The notes below the pieces were generated by a model, which saw nothing but the letters and a program-made list of their open reading frames with translations, was not told the DNA's origin and did not search any database. A stretch of 13,159 nt of DNA from Candidatus Eiseniibacteriota bacterium (GTDB lineage: Bacteria > Joyebacterota > Joyebacteria > Joyebacterales > Joyebacteraceae): assembly GCA_043819135.1 (NCBI GenBank), contig JBDRFG010000109.1, positions 1-13,159 on the forward strand, written 5' to 3'. Positions 1 through 10,985 of this stretch are shown here, piece after piece (position 1 is the stretch's first letter; each line of letters starts with the position of its first letter). A program made the position numbers and the translations under genes.

Positions 1-71
1 TCCTCGCCGCCGCCCTTCTGCGCAGCCTCAAGCCGCTCGTCCAGCTCTCTGAACTTATCTTCTCTCGACAT
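1..71 (-). CDS. 5' end (partial, runs off the window) of a probable acyl-CoA carboxyltransferase beta subunit (PccB/MmdA-like)
   Basis: ATG at 71-69, 2 nt after the stop of the MBL-fold gene. It translates to MSREDKFRELDERLEAAQKGGGE, matching the N-terminal helix + GGG that precedes ERIxKQHxKGK in carboxyltransferase subunits. Only 23 codons are visible; the acyl-CoA mutase context supports the call. Confidence 0.65.
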   Translation of the reverse strand, partial: MSREDKFRELDERLEAAQKGGGE

Positions 72-73
72 GG

Positions 74-928
74 TCAGGCCCCTATGTCTCTGAAGGCGAA
101 CCGACCCTTCTCGTCCTGCACGATCCGTCCGATGTTGCCGGTGACGTCGTGGTCGAGGATGACGACCCAGTCCTCGGCAACGGCAGTTTCGAGCATTTGT
201 CTTTTGCTCTCGATGACATCGAGCGGGAAGAGATCGATGCCCGCGATGTACGGCACGCGCACGTGGTGCCTGGTGGGAATGAGGTCCGCGGGGTACACGG
301 CCTTCCCCGCGTCCGTGCGTACGTAGACCGCCATGTGCCCGGCAGTGTGCCCGCCCGTGCGCCCGACGCTGACGCCGTCGCCCAGGTCGTGCGAGTCCCC
401 GACAAGGTCCAGCTGGCCTGCGCGCTCGATCGGCACGAAATCGTCCGGCCTGTATGCCGCCGAGCTTCTGGCGTCGGGGTGATTGGCCGCCTCCCACTCC
501 GTCTCGTTCACTATGTAGCGCGCGCGAGGGAACGTGGTCACCGCACCGTCGCCGCCATCGCTCGTGGAACCCGCGGCGTGGTCGGCGTGAAGGTGCGTGA
601 GCACCACGGTGTCGATGTCAGAGGGGGCGAGCCCCTCGTCCGCCAGTGCGGTGACGACCGTGACGGCGGGGTCGAACCCCCAGATCTTGAGGTCCCGCTC
701 TGTGTGCCTGCTGCCGTATCCGACGTCAACCACGATGTTGCGCGAGCCCGTCCGAACGAGCAGCGGGGACAGCGTAAGGATGATGCGGTTGAACTCGTCG
801 ACGGGCGTCAGATTGCTCCAGATGACCTTGGGGACGCCGCCGAACATCGCGCCGCCGTCGTACGGGAAGCTCCCCGCGTCGAGGCTCACGAGTTCGGTAT
901 CGCCCAGTGTGGTCCGTACGTTGGCCAT
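74..928 (-). CDS. Metallo-beta-lactamase-fold hydrolase (YtnP-like), 284 aa
   Basis: THLHADH (HxHxDH) metal motif, GHTAGH, ADLIP, terminal HD, and N-terminal DGGAMFGGVPKVIW typical of the YtnP-like subfamily. GAGGGA Shine-Dalgarno-like sequence before the ATG. Confidence 0.9.
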   Translation of the reverse strand: MANVRTTLGDTELVSLDAGSFPYDGGAMFGGVPKVIWSNLTPVDEFNRIILTLSPLLVRTGSRNIVVDVGYGSRHTERDLKIWGFDPAVTVVTALADEGLAPSDIDTVVLTHLHADHAAGSTSDGGDGAVTTFPRARYIVNETEWEAANHPDARSSAAYRPDDFVPIERAGQLDLVGDSHDLGDGVSVGRTGGHTAGHMAVYVRTDAGKAVYPADLIPTRHHVRVPYIAGIDLFPLDVIESKRQMLETAVAEDWVVILDHDVTGNIGRIVQDEKGRFAFRDIGA

Positions 929-1006
929 CGTCCCTCTCGAGTGTGGGGCCTGGCCCTTCAGTTCGTGCCCGTCGAGCGTCGGTCCCTCTACGTGAGGCCG
1001 GATCCG

Positions 1007-1411
1007 CTAGCCACGCCTTGCGGTGACGGCCTCGCGGATGTAGGCGGCGATCTCCCGGGTGTCGCTGCCCGGTCCGAAGAGCCTGTCGACGCCCATCTTC
1101 GCGAGCTCTTCCATATCCTCGGCGGGGATGATCCCGCCGCCGGTGATGACAACATCGTCCACGCCGGCCTCCCTGAGAAGCTCGAGGACCCGTGGGAACA
1201 TCGTCATGTGCGCACCGGAGAGGATACTGAGCGCGACGACGTCAACGTCTTCCTGGACGGCGGCGTTGACGATCATCTCGGGCGTCTGGTGAAGACCCGT
1301 GTAGATGACCTCCATGCCCGCGTCCCTCAAGGCGCTGGCAACCACCTTGGCGCCCCTGTCGTGGCCATCGAGTCCGGGCTTCGCTACCAGAACACGGATT
1401 CGGTCTGCCAT
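1007..1411 (-). CDS. Cobalamin-binding small subunit of acyl-CoA mutase (IcmB / MCM C-terminal domain type), 134 aa
   Basis: [13 protein letters not shown] (DxHxxG base-off/His-on motif), SILSGAH, GGGIIP. Lies directly downstream of the mutase large subunit. Confidence 0.95.
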   Translation of the reverse strand: MADRIRVLVAKPGLDGHDRGAKVVASALRDAGMEVIYTGLHQTPEMIVNAAVQEDVDVVALSILSGAHMTMFPRVLELLREAGVDDVVITGGGIIPAEDMEELAKMGVDRLFGPGSDTREIAAYIREAVTARRG

Positions 1412-1442
1412 ACGTCTTTCGTCTCCTCTACCATCGTCCCCT

Positions 1443-3111
<1,669 letters not shown>

Positions 3112-3119
<8 letters not shown>

Positions 3120-5091
3120 TGCTTCCTCCGATGAGAGCGAGCACCTGCGCCCGCATCTGTCCCGATGTGAAGTGGCTGGTCGACATGGCGCCGGACGGGC
3201 AGGCGGCCCCGCAGGTGCCGCACCCCTTGCAAAGCGCCTCGTTGACCCTCGAGACCTTGTCCTTCTCGTCGTACGAGATAGCGCCGTACGGACAGACGCT
3301 CACGCATATCCGGCAGCCGGAGCAGCGGTCCTCGTCCACCACCGCTGAGATGGCCTCAATCCTCACCGTGCCGCGCGACATCGGTATGATCGCCGAGGAG
3401 GCCGCGGCCTTGGCCTGCGACACGGTGTCCGGAATGTCTTTGGGGCCCTGGCAGCACCCGGCAAGGAACACGCCGTCGGTCGCCGTGTCCACGGGCCGGA
3501 GCTTCGGGTGCGCCTCCATGAGGAAGCGGTCGGACGACTTCGAGAGCTTGAGTATCTTCGCTATCGAGTCGGTGTGCTCGCTGGCCGTCAGTCCGGCAGC
3601 CAGCACTACGAGGTCGGCCTCGACCTCCATCGCCTCACCGATCAGAGTGTCCTCTCCCCTGACGACGACGCGGTCCCCGCGCTTGTAGATCTCGGAGACG
3701 CTGCCACGTCTGTAGACAACGTTCTCGCCTCTGACGCGATCGTAGAACTCCTCGTAGCCCTTCCCGAACGCCCTGACGTCCATATAGAAGACAGTGATAT
3801 TAGCGTCGGGCAGCTTCTCGCGTATCAGGTGCGCCTGCTTCGCCGTGAACATGCAGCAGACCCTGGAGCACCACTCGTTGCCTATCGACTGGTCGCGCGA
3901 CCCCACGCACTTGATGAAGACGACGTCCTTGGGCTCCTTCGCGCCAAACTCGATCTTGCCCTCGGTCGGGCCCGACGCGGAACATATTCGCTCGAACTCG
4001 AGTCCGGTGATGACGTTGTCGTAGATCCCGTACCCGAGTTCGGGTTTGATGTTGGGATCGAACTCGTCGAAACCGGTCGCCACGATGATCGTGCCCACCT
4101 TGAGCTCGACCACCTCGTCTTCCATCGAGTAGTCGATGGCGTTCAGAGTGCAGACCTTCTCGCACACGCCGCACTTCCCGTCCTTCAGGAAGTACGTGCA
4201 GTGCTCGCGGTCGATGACCGGCTCGCTGGGTACGGCCTGCGGGAACGGCGTGTAGATGGCCTTGCGCTCGCCGTACCCCTCGTCGAACTCCGACGGGACC
4301 TTGGACGGGCACTTGGCTATGCAGTCGCCGCAGCTGTTGCACAGATGCCGGTCGACGCTCGTGGCCCTCTTCCGGACCTTGACAGTGAAGTTGCCGACGT
4401 ACCCGGTGATGTCCTCGACCTCCGAGTAGACCATGAGGTTGATGTTCGGATGTCTTCCTACGTCGACCATCTTGGGCGTCAGGATGCAGGCCGAACAGTC
4501 GAGCGTCGGGAACGTCTTGTCGAGCTGCGCCATGTGCCCGCCGATCGACGGCTCCTTCTCGACCAGGTGCACCTTGTATCCGGCCTCGGCGATGTCGAAC
4601 GCCGCCTGTATGCCTGCTATGCCCGCGCCTATGACAAGGGCCTCGGGCGTCACCTCGATCTCACGCTCTGTAAGATCCTCGAGGTAGGCCGCCCTCGCCA
4701 CGGCGGACCGCACGAGGTCGATCGCCTTCTCGGTGGCATCCCCCTTGTCGTCGTGAATCCACGAGCAGTGCTCGCGTATGTTTGCCATGTCGAACATGTA
4801 GGGATTCAGGCCGACTGAAGCCACGGCTGCGCGGAACGTCGGCTCGTGCATTCTCGGCGAGCACGCGGCGACGACAACGCCCGTGAGGCCGTGCTCCTCG
4901 ATGTCCGCGCAGATGAGACTCTGCCCGGGGTCGGAGCACATGTAGGGATAGGTCTTGGCTATCGCGACACCAGGGAGTTTTGCGGTCGCCTCGGCCACCT
5001 TCTCGACATCGACGGTGTGCGCGATGTTGATGCCGCAGTGGCAGATGTAGACGCCGAGTCTGGTCTCGCGCATTGTGCTCTTCTCGGCCAC
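3112..5091 (-). CDS. hdrA: Heterodisulfide reductase subunit A-like flavo-iron-sulfur protein, 659 aa
   Basis: [33 protein letters not shown] motif, [21 protein letters not shown], inserted ferredoxin ([20 protein letters not shown]), CVGSRD...CSRVCC, C-terminal 2x CxxCxxCxxxCP. GTG start with GGAGG upstream. Its 3' end overlaps the mutase start by 8 nt. Confidence 0.95.
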
Positions 5092-5127
5092 GCGTTTCCT
5101 CCGGTTCGTGCCCTGTCCGGCCTGCGC

Positions 5128-6102
5128 TTAGGCGCGCGCCTCCGCTATCTTCTCCTTGAGCGCCGGGACGATCTTGAACAGGTCTCCGACGATGCCGTAG
5201 TCGGCCTTTGAGAAGATGGGGGCCTTGGGGTCCTTGTTGATGGCGACGATGGTCTCGGCCGCCTTCATTCCGCTCATGTGTTGGAACTGCCCGCTGATAC
5301 CGACCGCGATGTACAGCTTCGGCTTGACGGTCTTGCCGGAGGACCCGACCTGCCGGTCCTTCGGAAGCCACCCGGCGTCGACAACGGGCCGCGAGCAGCC
5401 GACAACCCCGCCAAGAAGCTCCGCGAGCTCTTCGACGAGCGCCAGATTCTCTTCTTCCTTTATGCCGCGACCGACCGCGATGATGACGTCGGACTTCGTG
5501 ATGTCGACGTCCCCGACGGCGGCCTCCACGTACTCCACGAAGCGGCGGATCGCCGGCTCGTCGGGCACGGTCACGTCGGGCTCGGACACGCTGCCGCTCC
5601 GCGTTCCGTCCTCTACCGGGAACGCAGCGGCGCGCACGGTCACGAGGGCGGTCGTCGCGTCGCAGAAACTCACGCGCTCGTCGATCTTTCCCTCGTAGAT
5701 CTGCCTGGTTACGGAGACCACGCCTCCGTCCACGGCGATGCCGATGCAGTCGCTCGCGAGCGGAGACCTGAGAGCGACGGCCAGACTCGGCGCCAGGTCG
5801 ACACCGAAGGCCGTGTTGCCGATCATGACCAGCGAGGGCCCGCGCGACTTCACGATTTCTGCGACGACCGGCTGGTAGACGGCCGAGTTGAAGCTGATGA
5901 GGTTGCCGTGATCGACGACGAGCACCTCGTCGGCGTAGCTCTTGAGCCTGCTCGCCATGTCCCCCACGCCCGCTCCGAGAAGCAGCGCGGTCACCGTCCC
6001 ACCCGACGACTCGGCCAGCGCTCCGGCCTTGCCCAGCATCTCGAAGGTGACGTCCCTGAGCTCGCCGCCCCTGTGTTCCGCAAGAACAAGAATTTCGTTC
6101 AT
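5128..6102 (-). CDS. etfA: Electron transfer flavoprotein alpha subunit, 324 aa
   Basis: GRG...GCSRPVVDAGW...QVGSSGKTVKPKLYIAVGISG...AINKDPKAPIF...DYGIVGDLF FAD-domain signature. The ATG abuts the etfB stop (TAGATG). Confidence 0.95.
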   Translation of the reverse strand: MNEILVLAEHRGGELRDVTFEMLGKAGALAESSGGTVTALLLGAGVGDMASRLKSYADEVLVVDHGNLISFNSAVYQPVVAEIVKSRGPSLVMIGNTAFGVDLAPSLAVALRSPLASDCIGIAVDGGVVSVTRQIYEGKIDERVSFCDATTALVTVRAAAFPVEDGTRSGSVSEPDVTVPDEPAIRRFVEYVEAAVGDVDITKSDVIIAVGRGIKEEENLALVEELAELLGGVVGCSRPVVDAGWLPKDRQVGSSGKTVKPKLYIAVGISGQFQHMSGMKAAETIVAINKDPKAPIFSKADYGIVGDLFKIVPALKEKIAEARA

Positions 6103-6891
6103 CTAGGCGAACCCTTTCTCCTTCAGAATGTCGGCGAGTTTCCCCGACGCTTCGGACGGCGTGCCTTCAAGTATCTCGGCGCCGGCGCCCGCCGGTGGGA
6201 ATGTCAGTTCCTCGAGCGTGGTCCCCGACCCGGCCTCCCCGACGGAGGATGCGTCCAGTCCGAGGTCGCCCGCGCTCTTCAGCTCTATCTCGCGCTTCGA
6301 CGCCTTCGCGATGCCCATGATGGACGCGTAGCGCGGCTCGTTGATACCGGTCTGGATGCCCAGCACGCACGGCAGCTTGATGACGAGCTTCTCGACGAGC
6401 CCGCCCTCGAGTTCGCGTCCGACGGTCACCTCACCGTCACCGACCTCGACCTCGGTGACGTACGTCGCGTGCGGAATACCCAGAAGCTCTGCGAGCGCAA
6501 CGCCGACCTGTGAGGCGCCGTCGTCCGAGGCCATGCACCCGGTGAGAACCAGGTCGTACTGCAGGCGCTTGATGGCCGCCGCCAGCGCCGTCGCGGTAGC
6601 TATCGCGTCGCCCCCGTCGAACGCCGGGTCGGCGACACGGACCGCGGTCGCCGCGCCCTTGGCCATGCTCATCCGGAGAACCTCCTCCGACGACTCGTGG
6701 CCGAGGGTCATGACGGTGATGTCACCGTCGTGCTTCTCAGTGATGAGAAGCGCCTCCTCGAGGGCGTAGTTGTCCGACTCGTTGATCTGAAGAGCCAGGC
6801 CCTCCTCGACGATGCCCTTGCCGCCGGCGGCGATCCTAAGATCGGCCTCGGCCGTCTCTGGCACCTGCTTCACACAGACGACTATGTTCAT
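6103..6891 (-). CDS. etfB: Electron transfer flavoprotein beta subunit, about 262 aa
   Basis: MNIVVCVKQVPE start (ATG 6891, preferred over the ORF-track start at 6951), INESDNYALEEAL, INEPRYAS motifs. Confidence 0.95.
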   Translation of the reverse strand: MNIVVCVKQVPETAEADLRIAAGGKGIVEEGLALQINESDNYALEEALLITEKHDGDITVMTLGHESSEEVLRMSMAKGAATAVRVADPAFDGGDAIATATALAAAIKRLQYDLVLTGCMASDDGASQVGVALAELLGIPHATYVTEVEVGDGEVTVGRELEGGLVEKLVIKLPCVLGIQTGINEPRYASIMGIAKASKREIELKSAGDLGLDASSVGEAGSGTTLEELTFPPAGAGAEILEGTPSEASGKLADILKEKGFA

Positions 6892-6961
6892 GTGTTCCCT
6901 GTTCCTCCGGAGTCGCGGTTGCGTGCGCGACCCAGCAAGAGGACGCGCCACTGCTCCCGGC

Positions 6962-8086
6962 CTAGAGCGCCATCGCGGCGAGTTCGGCCAGATCTATTAT
7001 TTCGATCTTTCCCTCGTTCCCGCTGGTCTTCACGGCGTCCTCGAGCGTCAAAAGGCAGAACGGACACGCCGTCACGAGGTAGTCGGCGCCCAGCGCCACC
7101 GCATCCTTGACGCGCGTCTCCGCCAGTCTCTCGCCCCGCTCCTCGGTCGCCTCCACCCACATCCGGCCGCCCCCGCCCTCGCAGCACAGCGCGCGCTCGC
7201 GCGAGCGGTCCATCTCGACGAACTCGACGCCGGGGATCCGCTCGAGCACCTCTCGCGGCTCGTCGTAGATGTCGTTGTGCTTGCCCAGGAAGCAGGCGTC
7301 GTGGAACGTCACCTTCTTCTCTACGCTTCCTGTGAACGTGAGCTTCCCGTCCTTCAGGAGCGTGGCGAGTAGCTGCGAGTAGTGGACCACGTCGCTCGGA
7401 AGCTCACCGTACTCGTTCTTGAATGTGTTCATGCAGTGAGGGGACCCGGTGACGATGGCGCCGATCTCGTGACCGTCGAACGTCTCACGGTTCCCGTCGA
7501 CCAGCATCTCAAAGAGCCCCTCTTCGCCCATCCGCTTGATCTCGTTGCCGCAGCACGATTCATTGGTCCCGAGCGTTGAGTACTCGAGTCCGGCGGCGGC
7601 GAAGAGCGCTACCAGCGACTGCGCTATCGACTGCGCTCTCGGATCGTATGCGGGCGTGCAGCCGACGTAAAAGAGAAGCGGGATGGCCTCGCCGTCTGCC
7701 GCGACCGGAACGGAAAGCTCGGCGGCCCATTCGGTTCTCTTGTCACGAATGCGGCCCCACGGATTGCCGTGCTTGAACGTGCTCTCCAGAGCGTCGCGGA
7801 TTGTCGGCTCTATCTTGCCCTTCTCGATGGCCGCAGACCGGAGGCCGATCAGCAGTTCCATCGGCTTGACGCCCTTAGGACATCGCTCGGTGCAATTCGA
7901 GCACGTCGTGCAGTTCCAGGCCTCGGGACGCCCCTTGGCGTCCTTCGGGCCCGTGCCGGTCATACCGTCGTAAACGACCCTCCGCACGTTTAGATACGTG
8001 CGAGCCGAGACGGGGCAGCCTGCCGTGCAGCGTCCACACTGGATGCATCCCAGGAGCTCGTACTTCTCTTGAAGCGAGACTCGCAT
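6962..8086 (-). CDS. Soluble HdrD/GlpC-like Fe-S oxidoreductase (two [4Fe-4S] motifs + two CCG domains), 374 aa
   Basis: CIQCGRCTAGCP and CTTCSNCTERCP; YVGC...CCG...SPHC; HDAC...CCEGGGG...CPFC. No obvious transmembrane segment. Confidence 0.9.
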   Translation of the reverse strand: MRVSLQEKYELLGCIQCGRCTAGCPVSARTYLNVRRVVYDGMTGTGPKDAKGRPEAWNCTTCSNCTERCPKGVKPMELLIGLRSAAIEKGKIEPTIRDALESTFKHGNPWGRIRDKRTEWAAELSVPVAADGEAIPLLFYVGCTPAYDPRAQSIAQSLVALFAAAGLEYSTLGTNESCCGNEIKRMGEEGLFEMLVDGNRETFDGHEIGAIVTGSPHCMNTFKNEYGELPSDVVHYSQLLATLLKDGKLTFTGSVEKKVTFHDACFLGKHNDIYDEPREVLERIPGVEFVEMDRSRERALCCEGGGGRMWVEATEERGERLAETRVKDAVALGADYLVTACPFCLLTLEDAVKTSGNEGKIEIIDLAELAAMAL

Positions 8087-8161
8087 GCGAGTGCCTTCTC
8101 CCGTCGTGTTCCGCCGGCCGGCGTACGAAAGCCTGCCCCGGCGGTTGGAGCCGTCCTCCGA

Positions 8162-9304
8162 TTACCTCAGAGCGTCGCGGGCAATGACTATCTTCTGGAT
8201 CTGGCTTGTGCCCTCGTAGATCTCGACGATCTTCGCGTCGCGGTACATCCGCTCGACCGGGTACTCCTTCGAGTAGCCGTTGCCGCCGTGGATCTGGACC
8301 GCCATTCTGGTCACGGCGACCACCGTCTCGGCAGCGAAGTACTTCGCTATCGCCGCCTCGCGCGTGAACCGCGTGGCGCCCGCGTCCTTCATCGAGCCCG
8401 CGCGGTAGACCAGAAGCCTCGCGGCGTCCGTCTGCGCCGACATCTGGGCGATCATGTCCTGGATCATTTCAAACTCAGCGATGGGCTTCCCGAACTGGAC
8501 GCGCTCCTTGGCGTACTTGATCGAGGCGTCGAGTGCTCCCTGCGAGATGCCGACGCCCTGCGCGCCGATGTCGATCCGGGAGACGTCGAGCGTGTGCATG
8601 ACGATCTTGAAACCGCCGCCCAGCTCGCCGAGGAGGTTCTCCTTCGGGACGATGCACTCGTCCATGATGAGCTCGCAGTTGCCGGTCGCGCGGATGCCCA
8701 TGAGGTTCTCGTGCTTGCCGACGCTGAAGCCGTCGAAGTCCTTCTCGACGACGAACGCGCTCATCCCCTTGTGGCGCTGCTCGGGGTCGGTGTAAGCGAA
8801 CACGACGAACGTCCCTGCGTCGGTCCCGTTCGTGATCCACGCCTTGGTCCCGTTCAGAACGTAGTGGTCGCCCTTGTCGACGGCGGTCGTCTCCATCGAG
8901 GCCGGGTCGGACCCGGCGTTCGGCTCGGTGATGCCGAAGGCGCCGAACTTCTTGCCCGAGCAGAGATCGGGCAGGTACTTCTTGCGCAGCTCTTCGGTCC
9001 CGAAGTGATAGATGGGATAGGCGCACAGTGAGTTATTGACCGCCGTTATGACGCCGTGCGAGGCGCAGACGCGCGAGATCTCCTCGCAGATGATGGCGAG
9101 GGTCGTGAAGTCCAGGCCCGCCCCGCCGTACTTCTCGGGAATGACGACGCCCATCAGTCCGAGCCCGGCCATCTTCTTGAGAGTGGCCGTCGGAAACTCG
9201 CGGCTCTCGTCGATCTCCGCCGCGATGGGCTCCAGTTCCTTCTCGGCGAATTCGCGCACCATGTCTCGGACCATCTTCTGGTCCTGGGTGAGTGCGAAGT
9301 CCAT
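8162..9304 (-). CDS. Short-chain acyl-CoA dehydrogenase (butyryl-CoA dehydrogenase-like), 380 aa
   Basis: GITEPNAGSD, LNGTKAWITNG, RVQFGKPI, QIHGGNGY, RDAKIVEIYEGTSQIQ with the catalytic Glu in IYEG. Confidence 0.95.
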   Translation of the reverse strand: MDFALTQDQKMVRDMVREFAEKELEPIAAEIDESREFPTATLKKMAGLGLMGVVIPEKYGGAGLDFTTLAIICEEISRVCASHGVITAVNNSLCAYPIYHFGTEELRKKYLPDLCSGKKFGAFGITEPNAGSDPASMETTAVDKGDHYVLNGTKAWITNGTDAGTFVVFAYTDPEQRHKGMSAFVVEKDFDGFSVGKHENLMGIRATGNCELIMDECIVPKENLLGELGGGFKIVMHTLDVSRIDIGAQGVGISQGALDASIKYAKERVQFGKPIAEFEMIQDMIAQMSAQTDAARLLVYRAGSMKDAGATRFTREAAIAKYFAAETVVAVTRMAVQIHGGNGYSKEYPVERMYRDAKIVEIYEGTSQIQKIVIARDALR

Positions 9305-9342
9305 GCAGTCCGCTCCCTTCTGAAACCTGCTCTTCGGATTCC

Positions 9343-10308
9343 CTAGGACGTTCCTCCGTCCATTCCGTCTATAACTTCCGTGGCAACCTGATAGGGGGAC
9401 CTGTACCCCCCGGTCACATCTTCTATCATCGCGTCGAGTCCGGACTCGCCACCCAGCCGCTCGTAGAGCTTCCGCTCGAGCCTGCTGACGATGATGCCCC
9501 GAACCTGCGACTTGAAGTGGTCGCGCCTTCGCTTCTGAAGCAGCCCGCCGTCGAGCAGGAACTGCCTGTGCTTCTCTATCGTCCCGGCAACCTCCGCTAT
9601 TCCCTCACCGGTAGACGCCACGGTCTTGAGAACCGGAGGATGCCAGCCGTTCGGGTCGTCTTTGAGGGTCAGCATCGAGCTGATCTCGGCCTCCGTCATG
9701 TCGGCGCCGTCGCGGTCGGCCTTGTTGACGATGAAGATCTCGCCGATCTCCATCAGTCCCGCCTTCATCGCCTGGATGCTGTCGCCGGACTCCGGAACCA
9801 GGACGATGACCGTGGTATCCGCGGCCTCGGCGATGTCGAGTTCAGACTGCCCGACACCGACGGTCTCGAAGATGACGTAGTCCAGCCCGGCCGCGTCCAT
9901 GGCGGCCGCGACGCTCGGCGCCGCGCGGGACAGACCTCCCAGTCCGCCGCGGGTCGCCATGCTGCGGATGAAGACGCCCTCGCGGGTGCCCAGCCCCTGC
10001 ATCCGAATGCGGTCGCCCAGGAGCGCGCCGCCCGTGAAGGGGCTCGTCGGATCGACCGCGATGATCCCGACCGTGTGTCCCGCATCCAGAAGGTGCTCGG
10101 TCAGACCGTCGACCAGGGTGCTCTTCCCCGCGCCGGGCGGTCCGGAGATCCCTATCCGGTAGGACCTGCCGCTGTCCGGATATATGACATTCAGGAGCTC
10201 GAGGCCGCACGCGTCCTCGTTCTCGATCCAGGAGATGGCCCGCGCCAGCGCGAGCGCCTCGCCCTTCTTCAATCTCTCGATCAGTTCCGGAACGCCTGCG
10301 CTCCTCAC
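9343..10308 (-). CDS. meaB: MeaB/ArgK-family mutase-associated GTPase (B12 chaperone), 321 aa
   Basis: GPPGAGKST P-loop, AVDPTSPFTGGALLGDRIRM, FIRSMATRG, ETVGVGQSE, NKAD. GTG start with GGAGG upstream. Confidence 0.95.
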   Translation of the reverse strand: MRSAGVPELIERLKKGEALALARAISWIENEDACGLELLNVIYPDSGRSYRIGISGPPGAGKSTLVDGLTEHLLDAGHTVGIIAVDPTSPFTGGALLGDRIRMQGLGTREGVFIRSMATRGGLGGLSRAAPSVAAAMDAAGLDYVIFETVGVGQSELDIAEAADTTVIVLVPESGDSIQAMKAGLMEIGEIFIVNKADRDGADMTEAEISSMLTLKDDPNGWHPPVLKTVASTGEGIAEVAGTIEKHRQFLLDGGLLQKRRRDHFKSQVRGIIVSRLERKLYERLGGESGLDAMIEDVTGGYRSPYQVATEVIDGMDGGTS

Positions 10309-10334
10309 TACTCCTCCATGCTGCCGCCGGTGGC

Positions 10335-10862
10335 TTAGTACTCTATGCCCTCTCGCGCCTCCACTCCGGCGTCGTAGTGGTGTCTGATGTTCAGTACTTC
10401 GCTGACAAGATCGGCGGCCCTGACTACGTCGGGATGAGCGGAGCGGCCCGTCAGGATGAGTTCGACGTGCGCGGGTCTCGTCTCGATAAGAGAGAGAATG
10501 TCATCGAGGCTTATCAGTCCGAAGTCAAGCGCGACGTTGGCCTCATCGAGGATGACGATGTCGTAGTCGCCGCTCTCGACGGCCGCCCGCGCCTTCGCGA
10601 GACCCTGGGCGGCCAGCTCGATGTCGACCTGCGCCGGGTTCTTCTTGTCGACGAACTCGTCGCGGCCCGACTGCTCGATCGTGAAGCCCGGTAGCTTCTC
10701 TGCCGAAGTCAGCTCGCCGTAGTTCGAGCTGCCCTTCATGAACTGCAGCATGTATACGGAGAGGCCGTGGCCGACGGCCCGGATAGCCAGCCCGAGCGCG
10801 GCGGTCGTCTTGCCCTTCCCGTCACCGGTGTAGACCTGCACGGTGCCACGCCTCTCGGGCAC
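10335..10862 (-). CDS. cobO: CobA/CobO/BtuR-type cob(I)alamin adenosyltransferase, about 175 aa
   Basis: VYTGDGKGKTTAA short P-loop, QFMKG, ILDE, LTGR, HYDAGVEAREGIEY C-terminus. Start placed at GTG 10862 because GGAGG lies 5 nt upstream; the in-frame ATG at 10892 is an alternative. Confidence 0.92.
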   Translation of the reverse strand: MPERRGTVQVYTGDGKGKTTAALGLAIRAVGHGLSVYMLQFMKGSSNYGELTSAEKLPGFTIEQSGRDEFVDKKNPAQVDIELAAQGLAKARAAVESGDYDIVILDEANVALDFGLISLDDILSLIETRPAHVELILTGRSAHPDVVRAADLVSEVLNIRHHYDAGVEAREGIEY

Positions 10863-10985
10863 TGGCTCCTCCGTGGATTCAGGATATGCCATCGGTACGT
10901 AACCCGACGGTTCGACGCGTAGCCTCGAAACTCGAATTGTGGGGGCGTAGGCGCCCACACAGGCTGGAACTGGCAAATCCGGCAA

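Noticed and set aside
6892..6951. N-terminal extensions from the ORF track for etfB (also cobO 10863-10985 and the HMA protein 12403-12447)
   Set aside because: Family-typical N-termini and ribosome-binding sites point to the downstream starts.
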